Assembly (NCBI RefSeq): GCF_036321535.1 | Contig: NC_087472.1 | Coordinates: forward strand, 77,314,001 to 77,378,000 | Length of the DNA: 64,000 nt | Origin: Camelus dromedarius | Lineage: Eukaryota | Direction of reading: 5' to 3' | Part shown: in pieces, positions 41,101 through 53,188 of the stretch | Layout of the letters: every line of letters starts with the position of its first letter | How positions within the stretch are numbered: position 1 is the first letter of the stretch | Notes under the pieces: generated by a model | What the model saw: only the letters and a program-made list of their open reading frames with translations | Told to the model about the DNA's origin: nothing | Database searches by the model: none | Translations under genes and position numbers: made by a program

Positions 41101-44100
41101 TAGGCGTGTGTAAAAAACAATGAGGAGATCTGCGTATCTGGAGCATAGTGAGCAATGAGGGGAGTGGTCAGAGGTGAGGTCAGAGAGATGGCAGGGGGCC
41201 ATGGAGAGAACTTTGAGTTCTACTCTGAATGAATGAGGACGCAAGAGGCTTGTGAGCAGAGAAAGGATGTGATTTGTCTTAGGATTTCACAGGATCCCTC
41301 CACATGCTGAGTTTAGAATGAGCTGTAGGAGTGAGGGCAGAAGCAGGGGATCAGTGAGGGGGAGGCTACTGCAGTAGTCTAGGTGACTGACGATGGTGCT
41401 GGCAGTGGAAGTAGTGAGCGGTGGTCATATTCTGGTTATATTTTGAAGGTAGAACTGAGAGGATTTGTTTGTGGGTGTGAGAGAAGAGTCAAAGATGGCC
41501 TCAAGGATGAATGGGTTGATTGATATGGGGCAGGCCAAGGCATAAGTCCGGTTTTGGTCATCTGGAGTTGGAGATGCCTGTTGGACATCTGAGTGGTCAT
41601 GTTGTCTGGAACACATGGAAGAGGTCCCAGGGCTGGAGGTATGCATTTGTGAGCCATTAGCCACAAGATGATATTTATAGCCATGAGGTTGGATGTGAGT
41701 CCCAAGGGGAGTGAAGGTAGACAAGAGGCAAGAGGACCAAGGATTGAGCCTGAGGATCCTCCCACATTTAGGGGTCGGCTAGTTGAGGAGGAACCAAAAA
41801 TGGGACAGAGAAAGAGCAGCCAATAAGGTAGGAGGAAACAAATCCAGGAGTGTGTGGTGTTCTGGAAGCTAAAGGAACAGAGGGTTTCCAGGATGGAGTG
41901 ATCAGCTGTGTCCAGTGCTACTAATGGGTCAAATTGGATGAAGATCAAGACCTGAACACCAAGATGAATGATATAGATGACATTGATGACTGAAAGGAAC
42001 AGCTTTGGAAGAGGGGCAGGGACGAGGGAGCCGGGAAGCCTGACCAGAGTGGGGTCTAGAGAGAATGGGAGGAGAGGAAGTGGAGACAGCAAATGCACAC
42101 AACTCTTGAGGAAGTTTGCTGTAAAGGGAAATTAACAATTGGAGTGGCAGCTGAAGGGAAAAGTGGGGTCAAGACAAGATGGACCTCTCAGCATATTGGA
42201 GAGGTGGCAGAAATGACCTGGCCTGTAGGAAGGAAGGATGGAGGGGGTCAGTAGAAGTTCCCTCCTGCTGACTTTAATTTTCTCAGAACAGTAAGGCCCC
42301 ATCATCCCACTGCAACCCAACTCACCCTGTTTCAATTGTTTTCTCCCACCCCCCATGTCCTCCCAGGTATACCAGTTTTTCAGCTGCCTCCCAGAGGACA
42401 AGGTCCCCTATGTCAACAGTCCCGGGGAGAAATACAGGATCAAGCAGCTGCTACACCAGCTGCCCCCACACGACAGTGAGGTGAGGAGAGAGAAGACATG
42501 TCAGATTGGGGGCACAGCCTAGACAAATGCTTAGCCGCTGGAAAGGAATGGGTAGGGTCAGAGGAGGAAAGGTGAGCTGATCTGAAGTGACATGCCTGGA
42601 CAGGCAGGGGCAATCAGGGGACACTCTTTGGCAAAACCACAGTTGGGCCTTGGGAGAAGAGGTAAGGGGTAAAAAAAAAAAAAGAGGGGTAAGGGGTGAG
42701 TATTGCAGGCAGGAAGCACCACCTATACAAAGGCCTAGAAATAAATTCTTTGAGCCTGGATGGAATCTGGAAGAAGGTCGGGGCGGGGCAGGCATCAGGG
42801 GAGGAGCCTGGAAGACCCCCACTACTCCAGGCACAGTACTGCACGGCACTGGAAGAGGAGGAGAAGAAAGAGCTCAGAGCCTTCAGCCAGCAGCGGAAGC
42901 GGGAGAATCTGGGGCGTGGCACCGTCCGCATCTTCCCGGTGACCATCACTGGAGCCATCTGTGAGGAGGTGAGACATGGAGGGAGGGCCTCAGTGAGTGG
43001 GCAGTGCCTTTGCTCCAAGCCCTGAGGTGCAGGGCCCATCTCCCAGGCCCTGGGAAGATGAGGCCTGCCACTTAAGCCCTAGTGATCTGTCTAGTGTCCC
43101 CTCTGGAGGGCGGGGTCTTTTCCTTACGTTTTTTTTTAGTGGAGGTACTGGGGATTGAGCCCAGGACCTCGTGCATACTAAGCATGCATTCTACCACTGA
43201 GCTATACCCTCCCCCCTTTTTCTTTACATTCTACTGTTAAAGAGGGACCATTTCTAAGGCCTGCCAGGCCAGTGAGTTCTGTCTCCAGTGAGTCTACAAA
43301 CTGGTGGACTGATGGATGGAAATCTGTCCTCAGATCCCACTGTTAGTACCGTCTGTCTGTAAGGAGGCCCTCATGGATCTTCTCCATTAGTTTCCTCTCC
43401 TCCATGCAATTAACATGGGGCATGGGCTGTCTCTCTGATCCTCTGTGATTGAGACTTATCCTTAAGAACCAACCCACAGTGGCAGGGCCTGTCTCTAAAG
43501 CCCAGTGATGGGTGGAATTTGTCTCTAAGCCGCTCCCCTACCCATGGGAGAAGGCTGAACTTAGATCTTACCGTTAGGTGAGACCCGTCACTAAGGTCCC
43601 TCCACTGGGCCTGGCCTGTCTGTATGGTTTCTCCCAGGGCAGGGTCAATCTCTAAGGTGCCTTCTCTCACCCCCAAGCCCAGCCATGTAGGCATGGGCCT
43701 GTCTCAAAGTTAACCCCTGGATGGGGCCAGTAACAAAGGCCATAGGAAGGCCCAAGTGTGACACATCTCGGCTGACCCCATCTGTCTGACCATCCTGGTG
43801 ATGGGGACGATATCCCTCTGTCATTTGGCAGTGCGGGAAGCAGATTGGAGGTGGGGACATTGCCGTGTTTGCCAGCCGTGCGGGCCTGGGTGCCTGCTGG
43901 CACCCACAGTGCTTTGTATGCTCCACGTGCCGGGAGTTGCTGGTGGACCTCATCTACTTCTACCATGCTGGCAAGGTCTACTGTGGTCGCCACCATGCCG
44001 AGCGCCTGCGCCCACGCTGCCAAGCCTGTGACGAGGTTTGTGCCTCTCTGTCCACGGGTGAGAACGGAGGGCGCACAGGGCCAGGGGCACCCCCTTCTGA

Positions 44101-46630
44101 CAGTCACAGATGGCCTGTGCCCCCCAGATCATCTTCTCCCCTGAGTGCACGGAGGCTGAGGGCCGACACTGGCACATGGGTCACTTCTGCTGCTTTGAGT
44201 GTGAAGCATCCCTAGGAGGGCAGCGCTATGTTATGCGTCAGAGCCGCCCCCACTGCTGCGCCTGCTACGAGGCCCGCCACGCGGAGTATTGTGATGGCTG
44301 TGGAGAGCACATTGGTGGGTGAATGTGGGACTGGACGGGGAAAGATAGACAGCTGGGCCACAGCCCCACCCCCAGTGTTCCTCCTGCCTTCCAGGCCTCA
44401 TCCCCCATTATACCCTGTACTTTAAGTCTAGCCCCAGCGCCATAACCCTATATCCTTAACTGTAATCCCATCACCAATGTCTCCCATTATGCCATACTTT
44501 CTAAACCTCACCTACAAAACACTAGGCACCACTGCACATCTAGGCCCACCTCCAGAGTGTCCTCTAATTCCTAGCTTCCCAGGGAGACCCTCCTACACTC
44601 TCAGTTTAGCCTCTACTCTAAGCCATGCCCTATTCTCCAAGATTCTCCTCCATCAACATAGGTAAACCCTACCTTCTAAGCCAGACCCTACCTTCTAAGC
44701 CCCACTCCCTTCCCACCAAGGCCACATCCTACCTTCTAAGCCCTGCCACCACCACCCAGCCCTCTTCTTCAGGTCCACCTTCCACTCTTCTTCCACCTGA
44801 AGCCACTTCTTAATGTCTAAGCTGACTCACATCTTTGACTCCAATGCCCACCCCTACTCTGGGAGGGGCCACCCTGGTAAAGAAAGGGAAGCAGAGGAGG
44901 AGACATTTATCAGCCCGTTTCCAGGAAAGGAGGATGAGGATCCCTGGGATGAGGGCCCCATTCTTGAGAGGTGGGGGGAGAGGGCATCTCTGAGTACCCT
45001 GCCTCAGATTCCCTGTCTCTTTTCAAGAAGGGCCCCCATTCAGGAGGAGTAGGGATATACCTGGGGACTCCGCCTCAGTTTTCCCCATCGTGTTCATCCC
45101 TACAGGCCTAGACCAGGGCCAGATGGCTTATGAGGGGCAGCACTGGCACGCCTCAGACCGCTGCTTCTGCTGTAGTCGCTGTGGGCGAGCCCTCCTGGGT
45201 CGCCCCTTCTTGCCACGCCGTGGCCTAATCTTCTGCTCTCGAGCCTGCAGCCTGGGGTCTGAGCCCAAGGCTCCGGGGCCTGGCCGCCGCAGCTGGAGCG
45301 CGGGCACGGTCTCTACACCTCTTGCAGCCTCCACAGCCTCTTTCTCTGCTGCGGAGGGAGCGTCCGACACCTCCACCAAAGGCACCAGCACCGAGCCAGC
45401 GCCTGGTGAGCTAACACTCGAACCACGCCCAGCCACTCCGTGTCCCCGCCCCCGCCTCAACCCTGGCCCCTCCCCTTGACTCAGGCCCAGGCCATCAAAC
45501 TGTAGCATCCCTGGCCCCGTCCCCGTCTCCGCCCTTGTTCCGTCCCCAAACCATTCCGGGCCAAGTCTCCATCCCAAACTACATCCCCACGTGAACTCTG
45601 GTTCCGCCCCACTGTACAGCGCTCTTCCCCTACCTCAGCTAGTCCCTATTTGAGCCCAAGTTCCGCCTCCTTTCCTCCAAACCCTTGACTCCTCTCCCTC
45701 CGCCCAAGGCCCGCCCCCTACTTTATCCCAGCATTGTCCGCCCACCTTTGCCACGCCCTTCTTACCAGAAGCCACGCCCACCCCAGCCACACCCCATACA
45801 CCGATCCAGTCCTGCTTCTCGGGCCTTCAACCTCGTTCTCCACCCAGAGCATGCCCCAGGCCTTATATTTCCCAGACCCCCACCTCGCTGCCCCTCTCCG
45901 ACGCCTGCCCCCACTTTCCCAGTCCTTATGGGGGAAAGAAGAGAGAAGGCTATTCCAAGGCCTCCTCTGGGCGGAGGTGGAGGGGAGGGAGATAACAGGG
46001 AGTTGCTCCATCTCCTTCTTTCCAGCTTCAGGCCCCGAGGAGCCTACCTGCTTTCTGAGAGGGGCCCCCCACCGCCACTCCATGCCAGAGCTGGGGCTCC
46101 GCAGTGTCCCGGAGCCAACCCCGGGGCCTCCCGGCCAGCCGGACCCGCGCCCAGAAGATGATGCCTTTGGTCGCCAGAGCACCCCGCGAGTCAGCTTCCG
46201 TGACCCTCTGGTGTCTGAGGGAGGCCCGCGGCGGACCCTGAGTGCCCCCCCAGCCCAGCGCCGCAGGCCGCGCAGTCCCCCGCCCAGGGGCCCCACCCGT
46301 CGTCGTCGCCACCGCCACCACCACCACCATCACCACCACCATCACCGCCGCCACTCTGGCAGACGTCGCCACCATCAGTGTGACTTGGGATCAGGGTCTG
46401 ACTCAGGATCTTGCTCTAGCTCGCCGTCCAGCTCCAGTTCTGAGTCCTCAGAGGACGACGGCTTCTTCCTAGGGGAACGCATCCCGGTGCCCCCGCACCT
46501 GTGCAGGCTCATGCCAGCGGTGCAAAACACTGCAACTGAGCCCGCCAACTCCCCATCTCCACAGCTCGCCCGGAACTCCCGCCCAGGGATGCCTCGCCAG
46601 GCCAAAGACAAGAATTGCATCTTGGCTTGA
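38006..46630 (+). CDS. PRICKLE3: Prickle planar cell polarity protein 3 (PET + 3 LIM domains), complete
   Basis: Exons 38006-38047, 39265-39350, 40262-40445, 42367-42480, 42831-42968, 43832-44035, 44128-44314, 45106-45405, 46026-46630. Translates [12 protein letters not shown]..., the PET domain, three CxxC...HxxC LIM domains, a His-rich tract and the C-terminal CaaX box CILA. Confidence 0.98.
40715..42130 (-). mobile_element. LINE-2 fragment with degenerate reverse-transcriptase coding remnant (PRICKLE3 intron 3)
   Basis: L2 3' end (tgaatgaatca on the minus strand). Minus-strand ORFs contain [20 protein letters not shown] and [11 protein letters not shown], which resemble the RT motifs AFDTVDH, GVPQGSILGP and YADD. 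Confidence 0.85.
43128..43216 (-). mobile_element. tRNA-derived SINE (camelid vic-1-like)
   Basis: Reverse complement reads GGGGGAGGGTATAGCTCAGTGGTAGAATGCATGCTTAGTATGCACGAGGTCCTGGG... followed by an A tail. Confidence 0.85.
46308..46352 (+). repeat. Coding (CAC/CAT)n His repeat in PRICKLE3 exon 9
   Basis: Encodes [14 protein letters not shown]. Confidence 0.85.
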
Positions 46631-46880
46631 AGGAGAGGCAGTGATGGGGGGGGGGGGGGATCCATTCTCAAATCAGTGTCGGCGATGACCCAACCCTCAA
46701 CTTAAGTCATAGATCCCCTTCCTTCCTCCTTCCTTCGTCTGTTTGTATTATTGAAGTAATTTAATATGTGTTGTAAAACAGGCCTGGCTTCTTTACCTCC
46801 TTGTTCCAGCTGTCCCCTCCCTCCCCAATTTCCCCCAACCCTGATGCTTGAGATTTATCTACATTTGATCAAAGCATTAA

Positions 46881-46924
46881 TTTATTTGTCATCATATGTT
46901 CTAACAATCTACTTACTATTTATT
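46881..46924 (-). terminator. PLP2 polyadenylation signals (two AATAAA on the minus strand)
   Basis: tttatt at 46919-46924 and 46881-46886, about 360-400 nt past the stop. Confidence 0.7.
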
Positions 46925-47284
46925 TACTCCTCCACAGAACCACCCCCACCCACACACACGCTGAGGTTATTTGGAGTGGATCACAACCTGGGGCCTGGAG
47001 TCTGAAATCCAAGGCACCTTCCTTTTGTAGCTGGGGTGGGGGCATAGTCCAGGCAGAACTGGAGTCTCGGTTTGGATGCTGCAGAAGAAAGGGGGACCTA
47101 GGCACACCCGTAAACGTGGCCACACCCAGGAGGGTTGAATGGCAGGCTAGAAGACAAAATCTCCCGATAAAGGCACTTTTACCTCAATAGAGGGCTGGGA
47201 GTTGGCTGGGAGTATTGTAGGGGAGGGGAGGAATTATTTCGATGGAGGTGTTCTTTGCAGGTTGCTGAGAGAAACGGAGTTCAC

Positions 47285-49659
47285 CTACACCGGACCATCT
47301 GCAGGGTCTGCAAGTGAGGAAAAGAGAGAAAGCATTGGCTGGATCCATATGTCCATTTTACAGATAAGACTACTGAAGCTTAAGATACTTCTTGGCAATA
47401 AAGTCTTACGTGCCAATAAGGGACAGAGTTGGCATTCACGCCCTTGAAAGACTCATTTCCTTCTCAGCCCTCTTAGCAACACCCCCTCCCACACACAGAC
47501 ACTTACCAGTAGGGGCTGCTGTATGTCTTTGCTGCCGCAAGGGGAAGGTAATGTAGGCATCATAGCCAAAGAGGCCTGCGGCGACTAGGCCCAGTACCTG
47601 GAATGGGGATGGGAATGAGAGGGGTTGGATTAAGCTGATAAGCCTACTCAACCTCTTACCTCCTGGTATCCACCACCTCCAGTGACTGCCCCCACACAGG
47701 GGTGGTGACTAAAGCCCCAGGTTGGGAAGCCAGAGAGCCCGAGGGAAAGGCCAGAAGACTGAACTGTACCCCACCCTCCCTCTTCCTAGTACCTCTCAAC
47801 ACAGTGCAGCCACACAGTGGCCCCACATATAGGTGGAACCATTCATACTGTACAGTGAGACAAAGCTTTAGCAGATGGTAGTCTAGCGTGATGACAAAGG
47901 GGCCACCTCTTTGTGCTTCACACAAAGGTCCCCATGTTGGACAAGGGATGCCCCTTTACACCAAATACGACTTGGGGAGAAAAAACAGGGCCTGGGTCAG
48001 AGTTTCCTGCAGACCCTGAGGACAAAGGTGACCTACTGTAGGTCACACACTTCCTGGCAGAAGCAGAGGCAGAAATGGCCCCAGGATCCTCAAACCCCTC
48101 TCTCTATGCTTTGGAGCAGATTCTACAGCCTTTACCCCTGCGGCAATTTTGGAGTTGTTTCCTCTCTCAACAAGCACAACAATGGAGGTGATCAGGTAGA
48201 GGATGACTGCTATGAGGGTTCTGAAGAAATCCTGTGATGTGCAGGGAGAAAAGAGAAGTCAGTATCCAGAATTCCCTCTACAATACCACCTTCCCAGACC
48301 CCTCCCTAGCCTGGCCATTGTGGCCCCTTTCTCACACTCCAAGGCCAGTTGATGATCAGTATCTTGGTGTGCAGGTCACACATGTAGACGACAAAGAAGA
48401 TGGCAGCAAAGATCATCTCAATCACAGACAGGAAAGAGTATTCTGATGCTGAGGCACCGAAGCAGATCAGAATCACCAGGCACAGTATCTGGAAGAATGA
48501 CACGTGAAAGGGGACCTCCATCAACTCCCAGGGCGGAGAAGATTGGTTTAAATTGGGAGTTTCAGACTCAGATGCCTACCAGGACTGGGAAGATGGCAAA
48601 TAATAATAGCTAAACAGTTATTGTGTGCACACTGTATTCCACATATTGTTCTAAGAGTTGTACAAGTATTAATTCGTTCAGTCATCACAACAACCTAATG
48701 AGCTGTGTACTATTAGTAGCGTCTTTATCTTATAGATGAGAAAAGGGAGGCACAGAGACAGACATTAAGTGATTTGTCCAGGGTCACCCAACTAGTAAGG
48801 GATAGGGTTGTGCGCATCAGTTTCTCCCCTTTTCCCTTCTGGAATAGTGGCAGCCTTCGGAGAGTGGTGCCTTCAGGTGTTTTTTGTAAGCACTGCCAGC
48901 ACCAGCTTCAGGGCTTTTGACGGGGCGGGACGTGCGGTTCCCCCGGCAACCCCTTTGAGAAGCGGTGAGTGTCACACCGAAGGGGCAGAGCTCAGTTAAA
49001 GGCGCCGCACCCCTTTTACAAGTGACTCAAAAACGGCGCCCACTTTGAGAGGGGCGATAAGCCGAGGTTTCCAAGCGGCCCAAATATCTAAACACCTCCC
49101 GCCCCACCACAGAAGGGCGAGGAAGAACTTGGGAAGGGCGGATCGCCCTGCCCTGCGGGACTAGCGCGCGGGGCCCCACCCCAAGAGGTCCCGCCCCTGG
49201 GCGCTCTGCCAGCCCGCCCGCCAGTGCCCAGGCCGCACCACGCCCTGTCACGGGAGACCCTCCTCCACCTCCCAGCCCGTGGGGACCCCTTGGATGAGTC
49301 CACCGTGTATCCCTCCACGGGGCCCCGCAAATGCCCTATGGGCCTCTTGTCTCACCCCGTGGGTCAGCAGCTCCCAACCACCTTCAAACTTCACTGACCC
49401 GCCCTGCGCCCCTGGTTTCGGGCCTCCGCCACCAATCTACCCACCCCGCGCCCCACGGCGCAGAGCCCCTCACCACGCGCCTGCCTCCCCTGGGGCTGTC
49501 CGGATCCGCGTGGTCCAGCCACCCCACCCACCTTTGCCCACCCGCCTGTCCCGGGACGCTCACAATCTCAGAAAACAGGAGAATCCCCTTTCGGGTGCGC
49601 GAGAAGTTGGTGCAGGCGGCCCAGCAGCCGGGGGCCGAGAGGCGCTCGGAATCCGCCAT
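47285..49659 (-). CDS. PLP2: Proteolipid protein 2 (A4, MARVEL domain), complete, 152 aa
   Basis: Minus-strand exons 49564-49659, 48336-48488, 48136-48231, 47507-47597, 47285-47307. Translates MADSERLSAPGCWAACTNFSRTRKGILLF...TDPADGPV*. Confidence 0.98.
48600..48810 (-). mobile_element. MIR SINE in PLP2 intron 1
   Basis: ttatagatgagaaaagggaggcacagag...aagtgatttgtccagggtcacccaactagtaag. Confidence 0.7.
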
Positions 49660-50000
49660 GGCGTGGACCGGAGCCCGTAGGGGCGCAGAGGATCTGCTCG
49701 CTTGCTCGTGCGTTCGAGGACGCTGCACACCCAGCAGTCTTGCCCGCCGTCTGGCCGGGAAGGGGGCCCCGGGGCGAAGGAGGGAGTGAATCACCGCGCG
49801 GAGTAGAAGCGGGCGGGGCCGAAGCAGGCCGGGCCAGGTGGCTGCCGCCCCGGAAGCCCCCTCGCCCCGCCCGCCTAGGATACTCCCCGCCCGGCGCACA
49901 GCCCCCCAGGGCGCTCTATCTCCGGGACCGCCAGCCTCTGAGGCTTGGCAGTTCTGCGTGCCATGTGTTGCAATGGAGAGATCTTTCACGCTTTTAGAAT
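49000..50000. promoter_or_regulatory. PLP2 CpG-island promoter and intron 1
   Basis: CpG-dense with GC boxes; AP-1 site TGACTCA at 49023-49029; boundaries approximate. Confidence 0.75.
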
Positions 50001-50084
50001 ACAAACGCGCCTGGGGCTGCCTCAACTCAGAACCGTGGGGATTTCGCTTTGGAGGGGGAATGCCTCAGTTTCCTTAGTTGTAAA

Positions 50085-50402
50085 TACGGCCAAGGCCAGG
50101 GTTAAACTCCAGTACGTTTCCAGAATTCCGAATATTTTGGATTTTAGAAAACAGTGCGTGTAAGGTACATTATTTAACACTCTCGGCGAGGGTCTGAGGC
50201 TGCCCCGTTTAAAAAAAAAAGTTAATATTTCCTCAAGGAAAGGTGTGGACAGCCACAGTAAGTGGGATAAGCCAGAACCAAAAATTGTTCCTGGTTAAGT
50301 CAGATCAGGATTTTTAACCAAAAAGTGCCCAGCTTGTGGGAAAACTGTTGGTTTTCAGAGCTTTGGGGATTTTGAAATTGTGGATAGAGGATTGTGGACC
50401 TT
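50085..50402. mobile_element. Probable Tigger-like DNA transposon remnant upstream of PLP2
   Basis: ttccgaatattttggatttt and ggattttgaaattgtggatagaggattgtggacc resemble MER46/Tigger ends; family uncertain. Confidence 0.35.
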
Positions 50403-50825
50403 GGAGTAAATTAAGCCGTGATGGGAATGAGACCTCGACCGTGAACAGGCTGAGAGGGAACAGGGCCTGCTCAGCAAGCTGCTTGGTAAATGGAGGTGGA
50501 CATTATAATAGTGTCAGAGCACAGGGTCTGATTCTCAGTTCTGCAATTCTAGGGAGGTCCTGGCCCGAAATGCTGGGCCTCCATTTCCTGGTTCTAAGGA
50601 GAAGGGCTGTCAGCTCCAGACTTAGATGAAGAATGAGGAAGGAATACAGGTTTATTTACTGCTGAGAGCTTGGCGAGATGAGGGGAAGTCTCCTGGGGTG
50701 CCAGGCTGGTTGACAAGGCTGATGACATTTGAAGAGTGTGTTATCCTGAGTGAGTAATGTTTCCTGACTCAGCCTTGATTTCTGTGTCTGAGACATGCAC
50801 CTGGTCATGGGAATCAGTATCTCTA

Positions 50826-50953
50826 TTTGGGGGGGGGGGGGTAATAAGGTTATTAATTTGTATATTTATTTATTTTAATGAAGGTCTGGGGATTAAACCC
50901 AGGACCTCCTGTGTGCTAAGCACGTGTTCTACCACTGAGCTATACCCTCCCCC
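50826..50953 (-). mobile_element. tRNA-derived SINE (camelid vic-1-like), longer form
   Basis: Same head, an AT-rich middle and a poly-C segment. Confidence 0.85.
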
Positions 50954-51589
50954 TGTGGGTGCTGGTTTCATTCTCATCTCATTTGAGGAGAGCAGAGCCA
51001 TGGCTGGAAGACCAGGATGGTTCCCCAAGGGACTGACTGTTCCCCCCCAACCCAGGGTCCCACAAAATCAAGGAAGGGGCTCCCCTCCTTCAGCCCAGGA
51101 TGTTGAAAGAGTGATTGGACAGTGGAAGATATGAGGCATACTTTTCCCAGTGCTGGATGTGTGCTTTCCAACTCTGTGAGGACATGCCCGAGTTTCTAGA
51201 ACAAAACAAATTCTGTTCTACATCAGGGTCTTTGAACTTGCTGTTCCCACTGCTGTCAATGGTTGCTGTTCCCCAGTACTTCCGACACTTTGTCTCCGGT
51301 CATTTAGGTCCCAGCTCAAATATTAAGTCTTCAAAGAGGCCAACAGCCCACCATCATTACCTCCCTCACAATAACCTCCTTTTGCTATCTTCATAACTCT
51401 CACTTCTCTCTGAAATTATCTTTTATCTTTTCCTTGTCTTTTCTGAAATCTGTCCCCCTCCACTACATCAGCTACACCAGGATAGAAATCTTTATGTTTC
51501 ATTCCTCCAGCATCTCACCAGTACCTATCACAGTGCAAGGTAAAACAGATGGGACTCAATTCATACCTGTCAAATGCTGGTGAAATTAA

Positions 51590-51810
51590 GAGAACGGGCT
51601 TGGGAATGGGACAAGATTAAATCTCGCTTCAATCCCCAGCTCTCTCAAGCTATTTATACTCGCTGGGCCTCATTTCTCTCCTCTGCGAAATGGACACATC
51701 AGGATTGTTGAGTAGATGTGTAACTAGACGGAAATAGGTAATGTGAGTAAAGCCAGTAGCAGGGATAAGGCTAAATAAATGGTGGTCAGGGTTACTGTTA
51801 TTAGTCTCTT
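51590..51810 (+). mobile_element. MIR SINE
   Basis: ttcaatccccagctc...tgggcctcatttctctcctctgcgaaatgg. Confidence 0.65.
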
Positions 51811-52980
51811 GGGTATGACTGTGCTTATAGGGCTGGGGCTCTGAAGCCCTTTCCTGACTTCTCCAGAGCCACACCTCTACCAGGCTCTGAGTCAGGGTCA
51901 GCTAGAAGCCCCAGCACACTCCCCCACAATGCTTACAGTGCTAATCATTCAAGGGTTCACTTCTTCACCTCTTTATACCCCAACTCCTTGCCTGGCTTTG
52001 AAGTCTCCCTCTCCTCCCCAACACCACCCTGGACACTCACACTCGGGTCCTTTAATTTCTCTCCCCCACCTCTCCAGCCCCTCCCCATAGGGGTGAGAGT
52101 TGCCCATTCCCTCCAGACCACAGCTTCCTTCCTTGCGGGGATGGGACCAAGTGTTCAGGAGGTGGTGACAGCAGAGGTGACTGGACATTTCTGGCCTCGG
52201 TCAGCTCCTGCTTAGGGGCTACCCCGATTGGAGTCTGGCTGGCCATATAAGCCCTGGCTTTGTGGCTCTGTTCCCAGGATGGAGGAAAACTCTGGCCTCT
52301 CCCAGGACTGGGAACGCCCAGTGTGTAGCGTGTGCACACAAGCCCGGCCGGCCACAGTTCTTCACCATCTATGGAAGCGGGGGCGGGGGGGGGGGGGCGC
52401 GGCCCAAAGGTTCTAACAGCCTTTTTTAGCCCGGCCCGCTGACTCACACCTTCCCGGCTCCGCCCCGAAGGGGGCACCAGGGCCCCAGCCCGTGCCCTGA
52501 GGGTGGCAGTCTACCTGCTTGGGAAAGCTGGCCGACCAGGCAGGAAGTGAAAGACCTCAGGCTCTCGGCAAAGGAAGCTACTCTGGTTCTAGCCTTGCTA
52601 TCTGGCCCAGCTGAGGATCTGGACGACTCCTGGCCAGGGCTGTGGGTATGCTGGTGCACTGGTCACAACAGGCCCACCTCTGCATTCCCCACGCCGCGCG
52701 CAATAATTATCTGTGAGCCCTGCGCACCTCCAAAAAAGTGAAATGAATGAATGGGAAAGAAGCAGGAGTTGACGAAGGGAATCGGAGTTGGGAGACAGCC
52801 CGCCGGCAGAAGCAAAGGTCTCTCTAGGGGCATGAAAGAAACAGCACGAAGTAAGCCTGTCAACAGTTGCTAGAAGAGGCCCTCCTCGAAACCAGATCGA
52901 CACACCCCCTCCTTTACGGGTGGACTCGGCAGCCCCACCCGGCCTAGAGCACCCGGCAAGTCAAGACTGGATCGAACCAT

Positions 52981-52986
52981 TTTATT
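52981..52986 (-). terminator. MAGIX polyadenylation signal
   Basis: tttatt (AATAAA on the minus strand) about 200 nt past the stop. Confidence 0.7.
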
Positions 52987-53188
52987 ACTTCCCCTGCCTG
53001 AAACAAGAAGCGCAGGGCTGGCCGGTCCGGGAGGGTCGTACCACTGACGCCGCGAGGGGAGAGCGGGCTGGTCGACTGCGCAGCAGGAGGGGGGACAAGT
53101 GGAAGCTCTCACCGCGAAGCTAGAGAGCGGAGGGCGGAGCGTGCCAGATCCAGGTTGGGCAATACCAAGTGAACTGTCTGATGCATGT

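Noticed and set aside
41436-42098. 220-aa minus-strand ORF
   Set aside because: Degenerate LINE-2 reverse-transcriptase remnant with the catalytic YADD region broken and in another frame; not a host gene.
45734-46025. N-terminal ~97 codons of the 298-aa ORF
   Set aside because: Intron 8 sequence that happens to be open; PRICKLE3 homology starts at the acceptor at 46026.
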